Notes under the pieces: generated by a model
The model's input: the letters and a program-made list of their open reading frames with translations, nothing else
What the model was told of the DNA's origin: nothing
The model's database searches: none
Virus record (IMG/VR): IMGVR_UViG_3300037099_000532
Location: 1 to 54,447 of that record
Length of the DNA stretch: 54,447 nt
Source: a virus
Taxonomy: Duplodnaviria; Caudoviricetes
Strand: one strand, 5' to 3'
Translations under genes and position numbers: made by a program
In this document: positions 45,050 to 54,447 of the stretch, in pieces
Numbering within the stretch: position 1 is the first letter of the stretch
How the letters are laid out: each line of letters opens with the position of its first letter

Positions 45050-45498
45050 CCGAACCGACTGCCTATTTTCCCGCAGCGCTCGTCGACGAGATCATGCCCG
45101 CCGACCGCGACAGCCCTGACGCCTGGCTGATCAGCAGCGGCGGCGGCGCGCCGCGGCTCGACTTGAGCGACGGCTTCGGCGAAGGCGGCAGTCGCCCGCT
45201 TGCCAACGGCGAGATCGTCAAGTTCGTCTCCCGCACCGATTACGGCGTCGCGACGCTCACTCTGAGCGCTGACGGCTTCACGGTCAGCGAGCCGATGCCG
45301 GCCGACGCCGAGCAATGCTGCATCCTCGATGGTCTGCAGGCCGAAACGCTTGCCGCCGATGTGGAGGAATGTGTCGGTCTGCTGCGCGACTATGGCGCCG
45401 AGTGCGACGACTATCGCATCTCCTACTACACGTTCGACGACGGCCTTCCCTATCGCTTCGACGCTGCGACGCGCCACTTCGACAAGGTGAACGCATGA
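45046..45498 (+). CDS. Acidic hypothetical protein
   Basis: ATGA-coupled. Confidence 0.65.
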   Translation: MTEPTAYFPAALVDEIMPADRDSPDAWLISSGGGAPRLDLSDGFGEGGSRPLANGEIVKFVSRTDYGVATLTLSADGFTVSEPMPADAEQCCILDGLQAETLAADVEECVGLLRDYGAECDDYRISYYTFDDGLPYRFDAATRHFDKVNA

Positions 45499-45671
45499 CC
45501 ACCCTCGCCTATCTCGCCGCCGCCTATCCGGTCACCCACGGCGGCGCCGTCGCGCTGGCCGCGATCGCTTTCGACGCCCTGTTCTGCCTGTTCTTTGTCT
45601 GCACCGACTTTGTCGACGCGCGCCGCCACCGCGCCAGGCTCGCCCGCGCCGGCGACAAGGAGGGCGCTTAG
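45495..45671 (+). CDS. Small membrane protein
   Basis: MTTLAYLAAA..ALFCLFFV; coupled. Confidence 0.5.
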   Translation: MTTLAYLAAAYPVTHGGAVALAAIAFDALFCLFFVCTDFVDARRHRARLARAGDKEGA

Positions 45672-46019
45672 ATGGCGCGGCGATCGCAAGCCGTCCGCGA
45701 CGTCATCGCCGAACGCCTGCGCCAGATCCGCGAGGAAGGCTGGACAGCGGAACACGATGACGCTCACGCCAACGGCCAGTTGGAGCGCGCGGCCGCCGCC
45801 TACGCGCTGTTCGCCAGTTGCGACGACACGGCGCGCGAACTGCGCGCCACCTTCGTCATGGACCTGGTCTGGGCGATCTGGCCGGTCGCTTGGGCCCGCG
45901 CCTGGTGGAAGCCGAAGACCCGCCGCCGCGATCTCGTCCGCGCCGCCGCCCTCATCATCGCCGCGATCGAGCGCGGCGACCGCAAGGCCGCGCGCATGAA
46001 CGCCAACAAGGGAGTCTGA
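45672..46019 (+). CDS. Conserved phage protein
   Basis: AER.RQI..EGW..EHDD..WP..WWKP..RRDLVRAAALI.A.IER. Confidence 0.8.
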   Translation: MARRSQAVRDVIAERLRQIREEGWTAEHDDAHANGQLERAAAAYALFASCDDTARELRATFVMDLVWAIWPVAWARAWWKPKTRRRDLVRAAALIIAAIERGDRKAARMNANKGV

Positions 46020-46020
46020 C

Positions 46021-46380
46021 GTGAGCGAAGACGGAATCGCGACCCCGGCCGATAGCGCCTCCGCGCTGCAACAGGAAGGCTGGGAATGGGCGATCGTCGA
46101 AATCTTCGGCCATCGCCGCCACGCCGGCCGCATCCGCGAGGAAGAGCGCTTCGGCGCCAAGATGCTGCGCATCGACGTGCCGACCGATGGCGACCCGGCC
46201 AAAGGCTGGGAGACCCGCTACTACGGCGGGTCGTCGATCTTTTCGCTCAGCCTCTCCGACGAGCCGACCGTGATGAAGGCCAATCGCCCCTACGATTCGC
46301 CTTACCGGCTAACCGTCGCCGCCGCGCCTTCCGTCCCCGACGAAGGCGTCGCCACGCCGCAAGACGGCGAGCCGCTCTGA
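46021..46380 (+). CDS. Conserved phage hypothetical protein
   Basis: WAIVEIFGHRRHAG..MLRIDVP..YGGSSIF. Confidence 0.75.
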   Translation: MSEDGIATPADSASALQQEGWEWAIVEIFGHRRHAGRIREEERFGAKMLRIDVPTDGDPAKGWETRYYGGSSIFSLSLSDEPTVMKANRPYDSPYRLTVAAAPSVPDEGVATPQDGEPL

Positions 46381-47531
46381 TGGCTGACCGCACCAGCATC
46401 GAATGGGCCACTGCGACCCTCAACCCCATCCGCGCCCGCAACAAGGCGACCGGCAAAGTCGGCTGGCATTGCGAGCACGTCTCGCCGGCCTGCGAGTATT
46501 GCTACGCCGAGGCGCAGAACCGCAACGGCGCCCGCGGCGGCACGCGCCTGCCCTACAAGCCCGGCCATCGCGCCGACGGCGAGATCTTCCTCGACGAAGA
46601 GACGCTGACCCGGCCGCTTCACTGGCGCAAACCGCGCCGCATCTTCTGGGGCTCGATGACCGACCTGTTCGGCGATTGGGTTCCCGACGCCTGGCTCGAC
46701 CGCATCTTCGCTGTGATGGCGCTCACCCCGCAGCACACCCACCTGGTGCTGACGAAGCACAGCAAGAGGATGCGGGATTACGTCGACAAGTTGGGGCGCG
46801 CCTGGATTCTGCGCCTATCGCACGCCATCAATGCTGTGCCGGAACTGATTGCGGCAGCCGATCGCCCCGGCCGCGAAACGCCGCACTGGCCGCTCCCCAA
46901 CGTTCATTTCGGCGTCACCGCCGAAGATCAGCCCCGCGCCGACGAACGCATCCCCAATCTTCTGGCGACGCCGGCGGCCATCCGCTTTGTCAGCGCCGAG
47001 CCTCTATTGGCCGATATCGACTTCACCTCGCTGCCGAGCGTCAGCGGCATCGGCCGCCATCTCGACGCGTTGAGCACAGCCGGCGCGAAGTTCAGCGATC
47101 TGCCCGGCCGCATCGATCAAATCATCACCGGCGGCGAGACCGGCCCGCGCGCTCGCGGCACGCCGATCGCCGCCTTCCGTTCGATCCGCGACCAATGCGC
47201 CGCCGCCGGCGTCGCGTACTTCCACAAACACAACGGCGAGTGGATCGACGCCGACGAGTGGTACGACCTCGTCGATCAGGGCGCAGTCGAGATTGTCACG
47301 CGCTTCGGCCGATTGCGCGGCCACGTCTGCGACGGCCGCGGCGCTTTCGCCGACTGGGCGCCCGCGCGCCCGCTGAATTTCGAGGACGCCGAGGCGTTGG
47401 CGGAGATCACCGGCGTCAGGCGCCTTGAGCATCAATCCGACGGCACAACCTTGCTGCGCGTCGGCGCCCGCCGCGCCGGCCGCGCGCTCGGCGGCCGCGT
47501 CTACGATGAGTTCCCGGAGCCGCGCCGATGA
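46380..47531 (+). CDS. Phage Gp37/Gp68 (DUF5131) family protein
   Basis: TSIEW..NP, CEHVSPACEYCYAE, SMTDLF, LTK, FVSAEPLL, GGETG. Confidence 0.9.
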   Translation: MADRTSIEWATATLNPIRARNKATGKVGWHCEHVSPACEYCYAEAQNRNGARGGTRLPYKPGHRADGEIFLDEETLTRPLHWRKPRRIFWGSMTDLFGDWVPDAWLDRIFAVMALTPQHTHLVLTKHSKRMRDYVDKLGRAWILRLSHAINAVPELIAAADRPGRETPHWPLPNVHFGVTAEDQPRADERIPNLLATPAAIRFVSAEPLLADIDFTSLPSVSGIGRHLDALSTAGAKFSDLPGRIDQIITGGETGPRARGTPIAAFRSIRDQCAAAGVAYFHKHNGEWIDADEWYDLVDQGAVEIVTRFGRLRGHVCDGRGAFADWAPARPLNFEDAEALAEITGVRRLEHQSDGTTLLRVGARRAGRALGGRVYDEFPEPRR

Positions 47532-47746
47532 CCAACCCGAAAATGCAGCCGTGCCCCAAATGCGGAAGCGCTGAATATCTCGCCGTTTACACGTATTACA
47601 ACGGCTGGCGGCACGTCGAGTGCGTCGCGCCGAGTTGCAGCTATCTCGGGCCTGGCGAAGGTTCGATCCGCGCAGCGATTAAGAGCCACAACAAAGCGTC
47701 GCTCGACAAGGCCGAACACAATGCCGAGCCGGAGCCGCGGCGATGA
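47528..47746 (+). CDS. Lar-like zinc-finger protein
   Basis: PCPKCG..VEC..C..GP..AI..HN. Confidence 0.65.
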   Translation: MTNPKMQPCPKCGSAEYLAVYTYYNGWRHVECVAPSCSYLGPGEGSIRAAIKSHNKASLDKAEHNAEPEPRR

Positions 47747-48027
47747 TTGCGCTCGCGCTCTCGGCGCGCCAGGTCGACCTTGCGCGTCACGCGCTCGGGC
47801 TGCCGAACGAGCGCCGCCGCTCCTACCGCAACCGTTTCTGCTGCGGCCCCGGCCACGCCGACTATGAAGAATGGCGAGCAATGGTGATCGCGGGGGCGGC
47901 GCGGCAATTCCCCCTGACGGCGCGGGGCCGTGATTCTCTCTTCGCCCTCACCGAGACCGGCGCCCGCATCACGCTGCGCCCCGGCGAAGCGCTCGACGAC
48001 GAAGACTTCCCGAGGAACCCACGATGA
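47743..48027 (+). CDS. Hypothetical phage protein
   Basis: RHALGL..SYRNRF..W..MV..G; coupled. Confidence 0.7.
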   Translation: MIALALSARQVDLARHALGLPNERRRSYRNRFCCGPGHADYEEWRAMVIAGAARQFPLTARGRDSLFALTETGARITLRPGEALDDEDFPRNPR

Positions 48028-49829
48028 AGCCAGCTCTCGTTCCCCTCTCCGAACTGCGTCCTGGCGAGGCGATCAACCCGCGCTCGAAAGGCCGCGACGC
48101 CGGCGACGCCGCGCTGGTCGCGTCGATCCAGGCGCGCGGCCTGCTGCAGCCGCTGGTCGTTCGTGGGCCCGAGCGCTCGCTGACCGCCGGTGGGATGGAG
48201 AAGCATACCTACGACGTCGTCGACGGGCGGCGGCGGTTGAAGGCGTTGATCAAGATCCACGGCAAGAAGCCGATCGAGATCCCCGTCGTCATCGTCGACG
48301 GCGACGAGACCAGCCTGCGCGAAATGGCGCTCGCCGCCAATGTCGTGCGCGCCGCGCTGCATCCCGTCGACGAATACGACGCCTATCGCGATCTCATCGA
48401 CTCCGGCCTTTCGGTCGACGACGTCGCCGCGCATTTCGGCGTCAAGGAAAAATGGGTGCGCCAGCGCCTGCAGCTCGCCAGGCTCGCGCCCGAACTGCGC
48501 GCTGTCTGGCGCGCCGGCAAGATGACCGCCGAGCAGGCCGAGGCGCTGTCGAGCGCTCCCGACCACGCCAAGCAATGTGCCGCGTGGAACGCCTCGCGCG
48601 ATGAATGGCGGCGCAAGCCCGACCAGCTGCGCGCCGCTTTGCGCCAGAGCGCTCCGCGGCAGGACGACGCGCGGGTGAAGTTCATCGGCCTCGACGCGTA
48701 TCTCGACGCCGGCGGCGAACTCTCCGACGATCTCTTCACCGAGACGCGGACGCTGACCGACGAAGCGCTGCTCGACCGGCTCGCAGACGCGAAACTGCTG
48801 GAGAGCTGCGCCGCCTTCGTCGCCGATGGCTGGGCCTGGGCGAAGACGGAGGCGCAGATCGACCGATGGCGGTTGCGCGAGCTCGACGTCGCGCCCTGGC
48901 TGACCGACGACGAGCGCGCCAAGCTCGCCAAGGCCGGAACCTGGAACGCCCAGCAGAAATGGCTCGCGCTGGCGCGCGATCGCGCGCACGCCGATCCCGT
49001 AGCCCGCGCCCAGTCAGGCGTCGTCGTCGCGCTTGGCGACGACGGCGAAGTCGACCCGGAGTTCCTGCAGGTCTTGCCCGATGGGCAGGCGGAAGCCGAC
49101 GACGACGCCGAGGTCGAAGCCGAGAGCGAGGGGGAATCCGCAGAAGCGATCGGCGCCGGCGCCGACGAGGCCGCCGCGCCTGACGCGAAGGTCAACTGGA
49201 CGCTGCGCGAGACGTTGTCCGAGCAGCTCACGCTCGCCGCGAGCCGGGCGCTCGGCGCTGCGCCCGACGTCGCGCTGGCCGCGCTGATCGCCTCGCTCTC
49301 GGTCGCCCTGCGTTCTTATGCGCCCTCGCCGCTGCAGCTCAGCGCCGCCGACGCCTGGCGCGGCGTCGCGCCCGATCGCGACCGCGCAGACGAAGACGAA
49401 AGCGAACCCGAGATCGACTGGCCGAAGCAATTCGCCGCCGCGCGCACGACCGCGCTCGCCACCCAGCTCGACGTTCTGGCGCGCCTCGTCGCGATGACGC
49501 TCGACCTGCGCGCGCCGCGCTTCGACCGCCGCGGCGGTTGGAACGGCGACCGGGCGAAGATCGTCGCCGCGCTGGCCGACGCGCTCCCCCGCGAACCCTT
49601 CGCCGCGGCGCTCGCCGAGGTCTTCGACGCCGAGGCTTACTTCAAGCGCGTCAGCGCCGCGGCCTGCATCGCCGCGATCGCCGAAATGGACGGCTACAAG
49701 GCGGCGCTGCCGAAGAAGAAAGCCGACCTGGTCGCTCACGCGCTGGGCAAAGCGAAGGCCTGCGGCTGGCTCCCGCCCGAGCTGCGCACCTGCGCTTACA
49801 CGGGACCGGCGCTCAAGGAGGCCGTGTGA
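48024..49829 (+). CDS. ParB/RepB/Spo0J-family protein (long form)
   Basis: NPR, LVASI..GLLQPLVV, VVDGRRRL, N..R..LHP, HTH, Y..AGG..DLF, WLP..LR. Confidence 0.88.
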   Translation: MKPALVPLSELRPGEAINPRSKGRDAGDAALVASIQARGLLQPLVVRGPERSLTAGGMEKHTYDVVDGRRRLKALIKIHGKKPIEIPVVIVDGDETSLREMALAANVVRAALHPVDEYDAYRDLIDSGLSVDDVAAHFGVKEKWVRQRLQLARLAPELRAVWRAGKMTAEQAEALSSAPDHAKQCAAWNASRDEWRRKPDQLRAALRQSAPRQDDARVKFIGLDAYLDAGGELSDDLFTETRTLTDEALLDRLADAKLLESCAAFVADGWAWAKTEAQIDRWRLRELDVAPWLTDDERAKLAKAGTWNAQQKWLALARDRAHADPVARAQSGVVVALGDDGEVDPEFLQVLPDGQAEADDDAEVEAESEGESAEAIGAGADEAAAPDAKVNWTLRETLSEQLTLAASRALGAAPDVALAALIASLSVALRSYAPSPLQLSAADAWRGVAPDRDRADEDESEPEIDWPKQFAAARTTALATQLDVLARLVAMTLDLRAPRFDRRGGWNGDRAKIVAALADALPREPFAAALAEVFDAEAYFKRVSAAACIAAIAEMDGYKAALPKKKADLVAHALGKAKACGWLPPELRTCAYTGPALKEAV

Positions 49830-50089
49830 TGATGAGCATCGCCGAGCGCTGGAAGCTCGATCAGGAAATCTCCGCCGCGTTGCGCGAACGCAGCCGCACA
49901 GCAACCTACGTCATCCGCAATATCGTGGCCGACAACCCCGGCCGGCGCGGCTTGAAGACGTCGCAGGTCCTGCGCCGCCTCCGCACGATGGAGCGCCGCG
50001 GCGACGTCGAACGGGTGGAGAGAGACTATCTCGTCATGCTCTCCTGGCGCATCGCGCCCAAGCACGCTGACACGGGAGCGGCAAAATGA
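49829..50089 (+). CDS. Small wHTH-like hypothetical protein
   Basis: TYVIRN..VLRRL..ME..G.V; coupled. Confidence 0.6.
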   Translation: MMSIAERWKLDQEISAALRERSRTATYVIRNIVADNPGRRGLKTSQVLRRLRTMERRGDVERVERDYLVMLSWRIAPKHADTGAAK

Positions 50090-50457
50090 TCGAGCGCATC
50101 GCCCTCGCCTATTCCGACGGATCATACGGCGTTCTCTCGGAGGCCACGACGATCGACGCCGCGCGGCACGAGCGCGACGACGCCGACCGCAACGAACGTG
50201 ATCCGGCCAACGCTACCCGGATTCTGCGCGTGCGGCTTGAGGTCGTCGAAAGCCTCGACGACTGGCGGCCGACGCCGACGCCCATCTCGCCGGCGAAGGC
50301 GCTGAGTTGTCACGATGAACTCGTCGGCGCGGTCAACGGATTGCTCACCGTCGTCGCGACGCTCTCGCGCAGCGACCTGTCCGAAAACCTGGCCGACGCT
50401 GTCAACAAGCGCATCGAAGCGGCGAACCGCGCCGTCGCCAAGGCGACCGCGCTGTGA
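50086..50457 (+). CDS. Hypothetical protein
   Basis: Coupled, GGGAG SD. Confidence 0.6.
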   Translation: MIERIALAYSDGSYGVLSEATTIDAARHERDDADRNERDPANATRILRVRLEVVESLDDWRPTPTPISPAKALSCHDELVGAVNGLLTVVATLSRSDLSENLADAVNKRIEAANRAVAKATAL

Positions 50458-50735
50458 CCGACAAACCCGACTTCGCCGCCCTGCGCGCCAAGCGCGACGC
50501 GGATTTCGCCAGGATCGTTGACGAGATCGCGGCCAAGTCCTTCCCCAATACGCCCCGTTCCGAACTGCTGGTGTTCGACGGCCCGCGCGGTTGCTACTGC
50601 GCCTGCGAAAGCGGCGGCCCCTGCGAACACGAGTTCGTCGGCTGGCGCGAGTTCGAGGACGGACGCGGCGACGAGCAAGTCTGCCGCCTCTGTGGCCTCG
50701 GCGCGATGAGCCACAGCCTCAGGTGCGATCTATGA
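50454..50735 (+). CDS. Cys-rich hypothetical protein
   Basis: CYCAC..CEH..C..CG. Confidence 0.65.
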   Translation: MTDKPDFAALRAKRDADFARIVDEIAAKSFPNTPRSELLVFDGPRGCYCACESGGPCEHEFVGWREFEDGRGDEQVCRLCGLGAMSHSLRCDL

Positions 50736-51097
50736 CCGTCTACGTCGACGACGTCCGCCACAGCTTCGGCCACATGGTGATGTGTCACATGTGGGCGGAC
50801 TCGCTCGACGAGCTGCTGGCGATGGCCGACGCGATCGGCGTCCAGCGCAAATGGCTGCAGCGGCCGCCGAAAGCGTCGTGGGTCCACTTCGACGTCAGCC
50901 TCGGCATGAAAACCAAGGCGCTTCGCCGAGGCGCCGTCCTGACCGACAAGTTCGGCCCGGTCGAGCATTGCGCGAAGCTCGACGTCGCGTCTGGCGATCC
51001 AGGGCGCGTCGCCTACGGCCAAACCAAGCTCGCCGGCGTCGCGTTGTGCCGCGCCAAGAGCGCCCACGCTCCCGCTGAGGACAACTCGGAGGCTTGA
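50732..51097 (+). CDS. DUF4031-family protein
   Basis: VYVDD..MCHMWAD..EL..MA..IG..W.Q..HFDV. Confidence 0.85.
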   Translation: MTVYVDDVRHSFGHMVMCHMWADSLDELLAMADAIGVQRKWLQRPPKASWVHFDVSLGMKTKALRRGAVLTDKFGPVEHCAKLDVASGDPGRVAYGQTKLAGVALCRAKSAHAPAEDNSEA

Positions 51098-51300
51098 TGA
51101 TGTGCAACGCCTGCGGAAACCTCTGCTGCGGCTCGGACATGTTTGGCGAGTGCGGCTGCGACTTCTGCGACAATTCCGAGTGCTGGACGCCTGAGGACGA
51201 CGATGAGTTCGACGATGATCCGGCCGATCTCGGTCTCGATTTTGCGCCGCCCGCCCCGCCGGAGCGTCGGCGTCACGTTCATTGCGAGGCCGCGCCGTGA
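51094..51300 (+). CDS. Cys-rich acidic mini-protein
   Basis: CNACG..CC..CGCDFC..C; GGAGG SD. Confidence 0.55.
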   Translation: MMMCNACGNLCCGSDMFGECGCDFCDNSECWTPEDDDEFDDDPADLGLDFAPPAPPERRRHVHCEAAP

Positions 51301-51689
51301 CCGATCTGCTCGCCCTATCGGTTCGCCAGCCCTGGCCGTGGGCAATGTTCTACGCCGGCAAAGACGTCGAGAACCGCTCCTGGCCGACCCGCTATCGCGG
51401 CCGCGTGCTCATTCACGCCAGCCTACAGTTCGACGGGCCGCGCGACGCTGCATTTGCGAATTGTACGATATGGGCTCGCGAGGCGAACGCCCGGCCTCCG
51501 GATGGTGTCTATGACTTTCCACTCGGCGGCATCGTCGGCGAGGCCGAGATCGTCGATTGCGTCACACAATCGGATTCGCGGTGGTTCGAAGGCCCCTACG
51601 GCTTCGTGCTGCGCAACGCTAAGCCGCTACCCTTCCGCCCGTGCCGCGGCAAGCTCGGGTTCTTCAAGCCGGATTTCGAGGCGCTCTGA
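51297..51689 (+). CDS. ASCH-domain protein
   Basis: ALSVRQPW..GKDVENRSW.T.YRG..LIHA..GKLGFF. Confidence 0.9.
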   Translation: MTDLLALSVRQPWPWAMFYAGKDVENRSWPTRYRGRVLIHASLQFDGPRDAAFANCTIWAREANARPPDGVYDFPLGGIVGEAEIVDCVTQSDSRWFEGPYGFVLRNAKPLPFRPCRGKLGFFKPDFEAL

Positions 51690-51690
51690 G

Positions 51691-51927
51691 ATGACTCGCG
51701 CGATCGTCCGCAACGTCGTCGAGCCGCGCGGGTTGAGCCGCGACGACGCCGCGACCTATATCGGCGTCGGCGCCTCGCTGTTCGACCGCTTGGTCGACGA
51801 CGGCCGGATGCCGAAGGGCGCGCGGCTCGACGGCCGGATCATTTGGGACCGCCGCCAACTTGACCGCGCCCTTGACCGGCTGTTTGATGCCGCCGAACCG
51901 AATGACCCGTTCTCTCGGGTCGCCTAA
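51691..51927 (+). CDS. Excisionase/AlpA-like HTH
   Basis: PRGLSR..AA.YIGV..FD.LV..GRMP..WDR..LD; immediately before int. Confidence 0.85.
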   Translation: MTRAIVRNVVEPRGLSRDDAATYIGVGASLFDRLVDDGRMPKGARLDGRIIWDRRQLDRALDRLFDAAEPNDPFSRVA

Positions 51928-51937
51928 ATGGCCCGGC

Positions 51938-53093
51938 ATGAAACGATCCGGCCTGCCGCGATATGTGATCCAAGACGCCTGCCGCGATGGTCGGCCGCGG
52001 CTGCGCTATCGCGCTCCCGGCCATCCGGCGCGCGACTTGCCGGGGCCGTTCGGTTCGGATGCCTTTTGGAGGGCCTACGCGGCCGCCAAGGCCGGCCAGC
52101 CGGTCAACCGGCGCAGACGGCGCCACGAAGCGCCGCAAAGCCGCCGACGGCACGCTTCGCGCTCTTATCGAGGCCTACTACCGCCGCGCGCCGGATTTCG
52201 TCGCCGCCGACCCACTGACGCAGGCCGACAAGCGCGGAGTTCTCGAAGGCATCCTCAGAGAGGCGCTGGCGCCCGACAATCCGCTTCTCTTTGACGAGTG
52301 CCCAGTCAAGAGCTTCACACCGCGCCACGTCGTCGTGCTGCGCGATCGCAAGGCGAGCCTCCCCAACGCCGGCAACAAGCGGCTGCGCTATCTCAAGATG
52401 GTTTTCGACTGGGGAATCGAGGCGCGGCTGGCCGAGACGAATCCGGTCGAGAAGGTCAAAAAGCTGAAGGTCCCTCGCAAGGGCTTCCATGCCTGGACGC
52501 CCGAGGAAATCCGCCAATTCGAGACCCGGCATCCGATCGGCACCAAGGCGCGCCTCGCGTTGGCCCTGATGGCGTTCACCGGTCTGCGCGTTTCCGACCT
52601 CCGCCAAGTCGGGGCGCGGCATATCAAGGATGGATGGCTGGAGCTGCCGCAGCACAAGAATCGCAATCGAGCGCCGAAGATCATTCGCGTGCCGATACTG
52701 CCCGAGCTGCAGGCGATCATCGACCGTTCGCCGATCGGCGAACCGACGCTTCTCGTCACCGACGCCGGCGAACCCTTCACGATCAAGGGGGCGGCCAACA
52801 AGGTCAAACAATGGTGCGTCGCGGCCGGCCTGCCGCATTGCTCCGCCCACGGCGTCCGCAAGGCGGGCGCGGCGGTGGCCGCCGAGAACGGCGCGACCGA
52901 GGCGCAACTGATGGCGATCTTCGGTTGGGAGGATGCGAAAGAGGCGGTCGTCTACACCCGCTCAGCCCGCCAAAAGAAGCTCGCCGGCGACGCCATGCAC
53001 CTGATGTTGCCGCGCCTCGACCCGGCCCCTAAATCCTCCCACGCAATTCCCGAAACCGAGCGGGGGGAAGAAATGGCGATAATTACTCAATGA
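51938..53093 (+). pseudogene. int: Tyrosine integrase with a +1 frameshift near 52100-52110
   Basis: Arm-binding N-terminus (LPRYV..RDGR.R.RYR..LPG.FGS..FW.AY) in one frame; core TGLRVSD, HGVRK, FGW, VYT in the next frame. Confidence 0.85.
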
Positions 53094-53114
53094 AATCAAC
53101 GCCGGTTAACACAT

Positions 53115-53162
53115 TGGCAGGAGAGGAGGGACTCGAACCCCCAACCCCCGGTTTTGGAGACC
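53115..53162 (-). tRNA. 3' 48-nt fragment of tRNA-Trp(CCA): att core, not a complete tRNA
   Basis: GGTCTCCAAAACCGGGGGTTGGGGGTTCGAGTCCCTCCTCTCCTGCCA; no D-arm or 5' acceptor strand upstream. Confidence 0.88.
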
Positions 53163-53237
53163 CATTTTACAACATTGAGTTTACGTTCCAATTCTTCTCA
53201 TCCGATTGAACGGTCAACATAATCCTGAGACAGGAGG

Positions 53238-53301
53238 CGACACCCTGCGACACCGAAAGACAAATATTTCGGTATAAAATGGGACCGAAATGGGACCGAA
53301 T
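53238..53301. repeat. Direct repeats resembling Xis and integrase arm sites of the neighbouring element
   Basis: GCGACACC x2 (10-bp period) and AAATGGGACCG x2. Confidence 0.6.
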
Positions 53302-53463
53302 CCGCCGACCGCTTGCCGGAGCGCCGAGCCGCCTGAGTGCCGACGATGCGAATGTCGAAGTCGGCGGCAAAGCAGACATTGTCCATCGCGAGCGCGTATT
53401 ACAAAATCCCTCGCCGGGCGCCTATATCTGGCGGAGTAGGAATGCCGACCCCAAGCAAATGGA

Positions 53464-54447
53464 TTGACGATGGCAAACTCCGCGCCGCCGGCTGATTTTC
53501 CCCCGCAGATGCGACCGAGGGCGTTCGCCGATTTCTTGGGCGTCAGCCTAAAGACCGTCCAGCGATACATCGTCCGCGGAATGCCCGTAATTGGGCGCGG
53601 GCGCAAGGGCTTCGCAAAAAGCATTCCTGTTGCGGCAGCGTTGGCCTGGCTCAATGCGTCTCCCCCAAAGCTGCGGCGCGGTCGGCCCCCCAATCTCAGT
53701 CGCGGCGGCGATGTCCAACCCGCATCGCCCCATGCAGCCATGCCAAGCGCACCCCCGACCCAATCGCCGGTGAGCACGCCGACCCTTATGCCGCCTTATG
53801 CCCCTGCACCGCCATACGATCCGAACGTTGCTATGCAGCGGTGGAAACATCTTTTGTTGCTTGATGCCAATGCGCGCTTCGCTGAGGATGTCGCAACGTT
53901 GAACGCTCGGCAGCGCGGCAGCGAGATCCTGCCGCAGCGATTGAAGCAATGCAGAATTCACAAACAATTGTATGGTCTGGCTGCGGAGTACGGGCCCGGC
54001 TGCACATATTCCGCAGCGATCCAATCGCAGCTCATTGCCGAGGGCCTCAACTCCGCAGAGCGTGCCGGGATTCAGCGTAGGATCGCGCACGGGTTTATCC
54101 GAGACGCCTTATCGCCGGATGGCAAGCGTGGGGACCTACCGCCACGTAACTTCATCGAACGGTTTCTGAGAGCCCTGGGCTTAGCGGTGTCGGCGCAAAC
54201 CCTTGAGGAAACTTATCGGGAATGTGCAAGATCGCGCGCCAGCATTGAAGCATACATGGTCGGCCTATACGAAGCGGCGATTTCCGATCCCGAATTTGCC
54301 AAAACGATGGTGACGGTTCAGTTGCCGATCGTGAGGGAGTTTGACGGGACGCAATGGTCGGAACCGGCTTATTCCGTGGGCGACCGCATAGAGAAAGGAC
54401 GGTTCACGGTTGAGACCACGGATGAGGCAATCTTCGTCCGCGTATAG
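53464..54447 (+). CDS. HTH (excisionase/terS-like) domain protein of a second integrated element
   Basis: RAFADFLGVSLKTVQRY..GMP HTH; lower GC than the prophage. Confidence 0.6.
   Translation: MTMANSAPPADFPPQMRPRAFADFLGVSLKTVQRYIVRGMPVIGRGRKGFAKSIPVAAALAWLNASPPKLRRGRPPNLSRGGDVQPASPHAAMPSAPPTQSPVSTPTLMPPYAPAPPYDPNVAMQRWKHLLLLDANARFAEDVATLNARQRGSEILPQRLKQCRIHKQLYGLAAEYGPGCTYSAAIQSQLIAEGLNSAERAGIQRRIAHGFIRDALSPDGKRGDLPPRNFIERFLRALGLAVSAQTLEETYRECARSRASIEAYMVGLYEAAISDPEFAKTMVTVQLPIVREFDGTQWSEPAYSVGDRIEKGRFTVETTDEAIFVRV

Larger units (their letters stand above)
1133..53162. mobile_element. Temperate prophage (lambda-like head, Mu-like contractile tail) integrated at a tRNA-Trp att; left boundary not visible
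   Basis: Ordered modules lysis-tail-head-terminase-replication-cro/cI-early genes-xis-int-att. Confidence 0.95.

Noticed and set aside
53115-53200. Complete tRNA-Trp gene
   Set aside because: Only the 3' 48 nt match; upstream sequence cannot form the D-arm or acceptor stem

Overview
High-GC (alphaproteobacterial, Rhizobiales-like) window almost entirely filled by one temperate prophage (~1-53.1 kb). It has a lambda-like head (cos site, GpA terminase, gpW, portal, S49 protease with nested scaffold, D decoration, E capsid) and a Mu/P2-like contractile tail. It also carries an expanded lysis cassette, a lambda-like cI/cro switch, an iteron-containing replication initiator, two adenine methyltransferases and a frameshifted tyrosine integrase ending at a 48-nt tRNA-Trp 3' att core. 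Beyond the att a second integrated element begins. At the left edge an IS200/IS605 element interrupts an FkbM methyltransferase gene, and the left att lies outside the window. The most unusual signals are: two tail-module fibre-like proteins with predicted Sec signal peptides and 8 Cys each (one signal peptide partly encoded by an inserted palindromic repeat); a class-3 lipase and an exported CHAP enzyme inside the lysis cassette; a Mu gp43 homologue split into two separated genes; five heptamer-repeat hairpins at late-gene junctions; and a multi-hairpin leader after a NusG paralogue. All calls come from reading motifs by eye; no database search was run.
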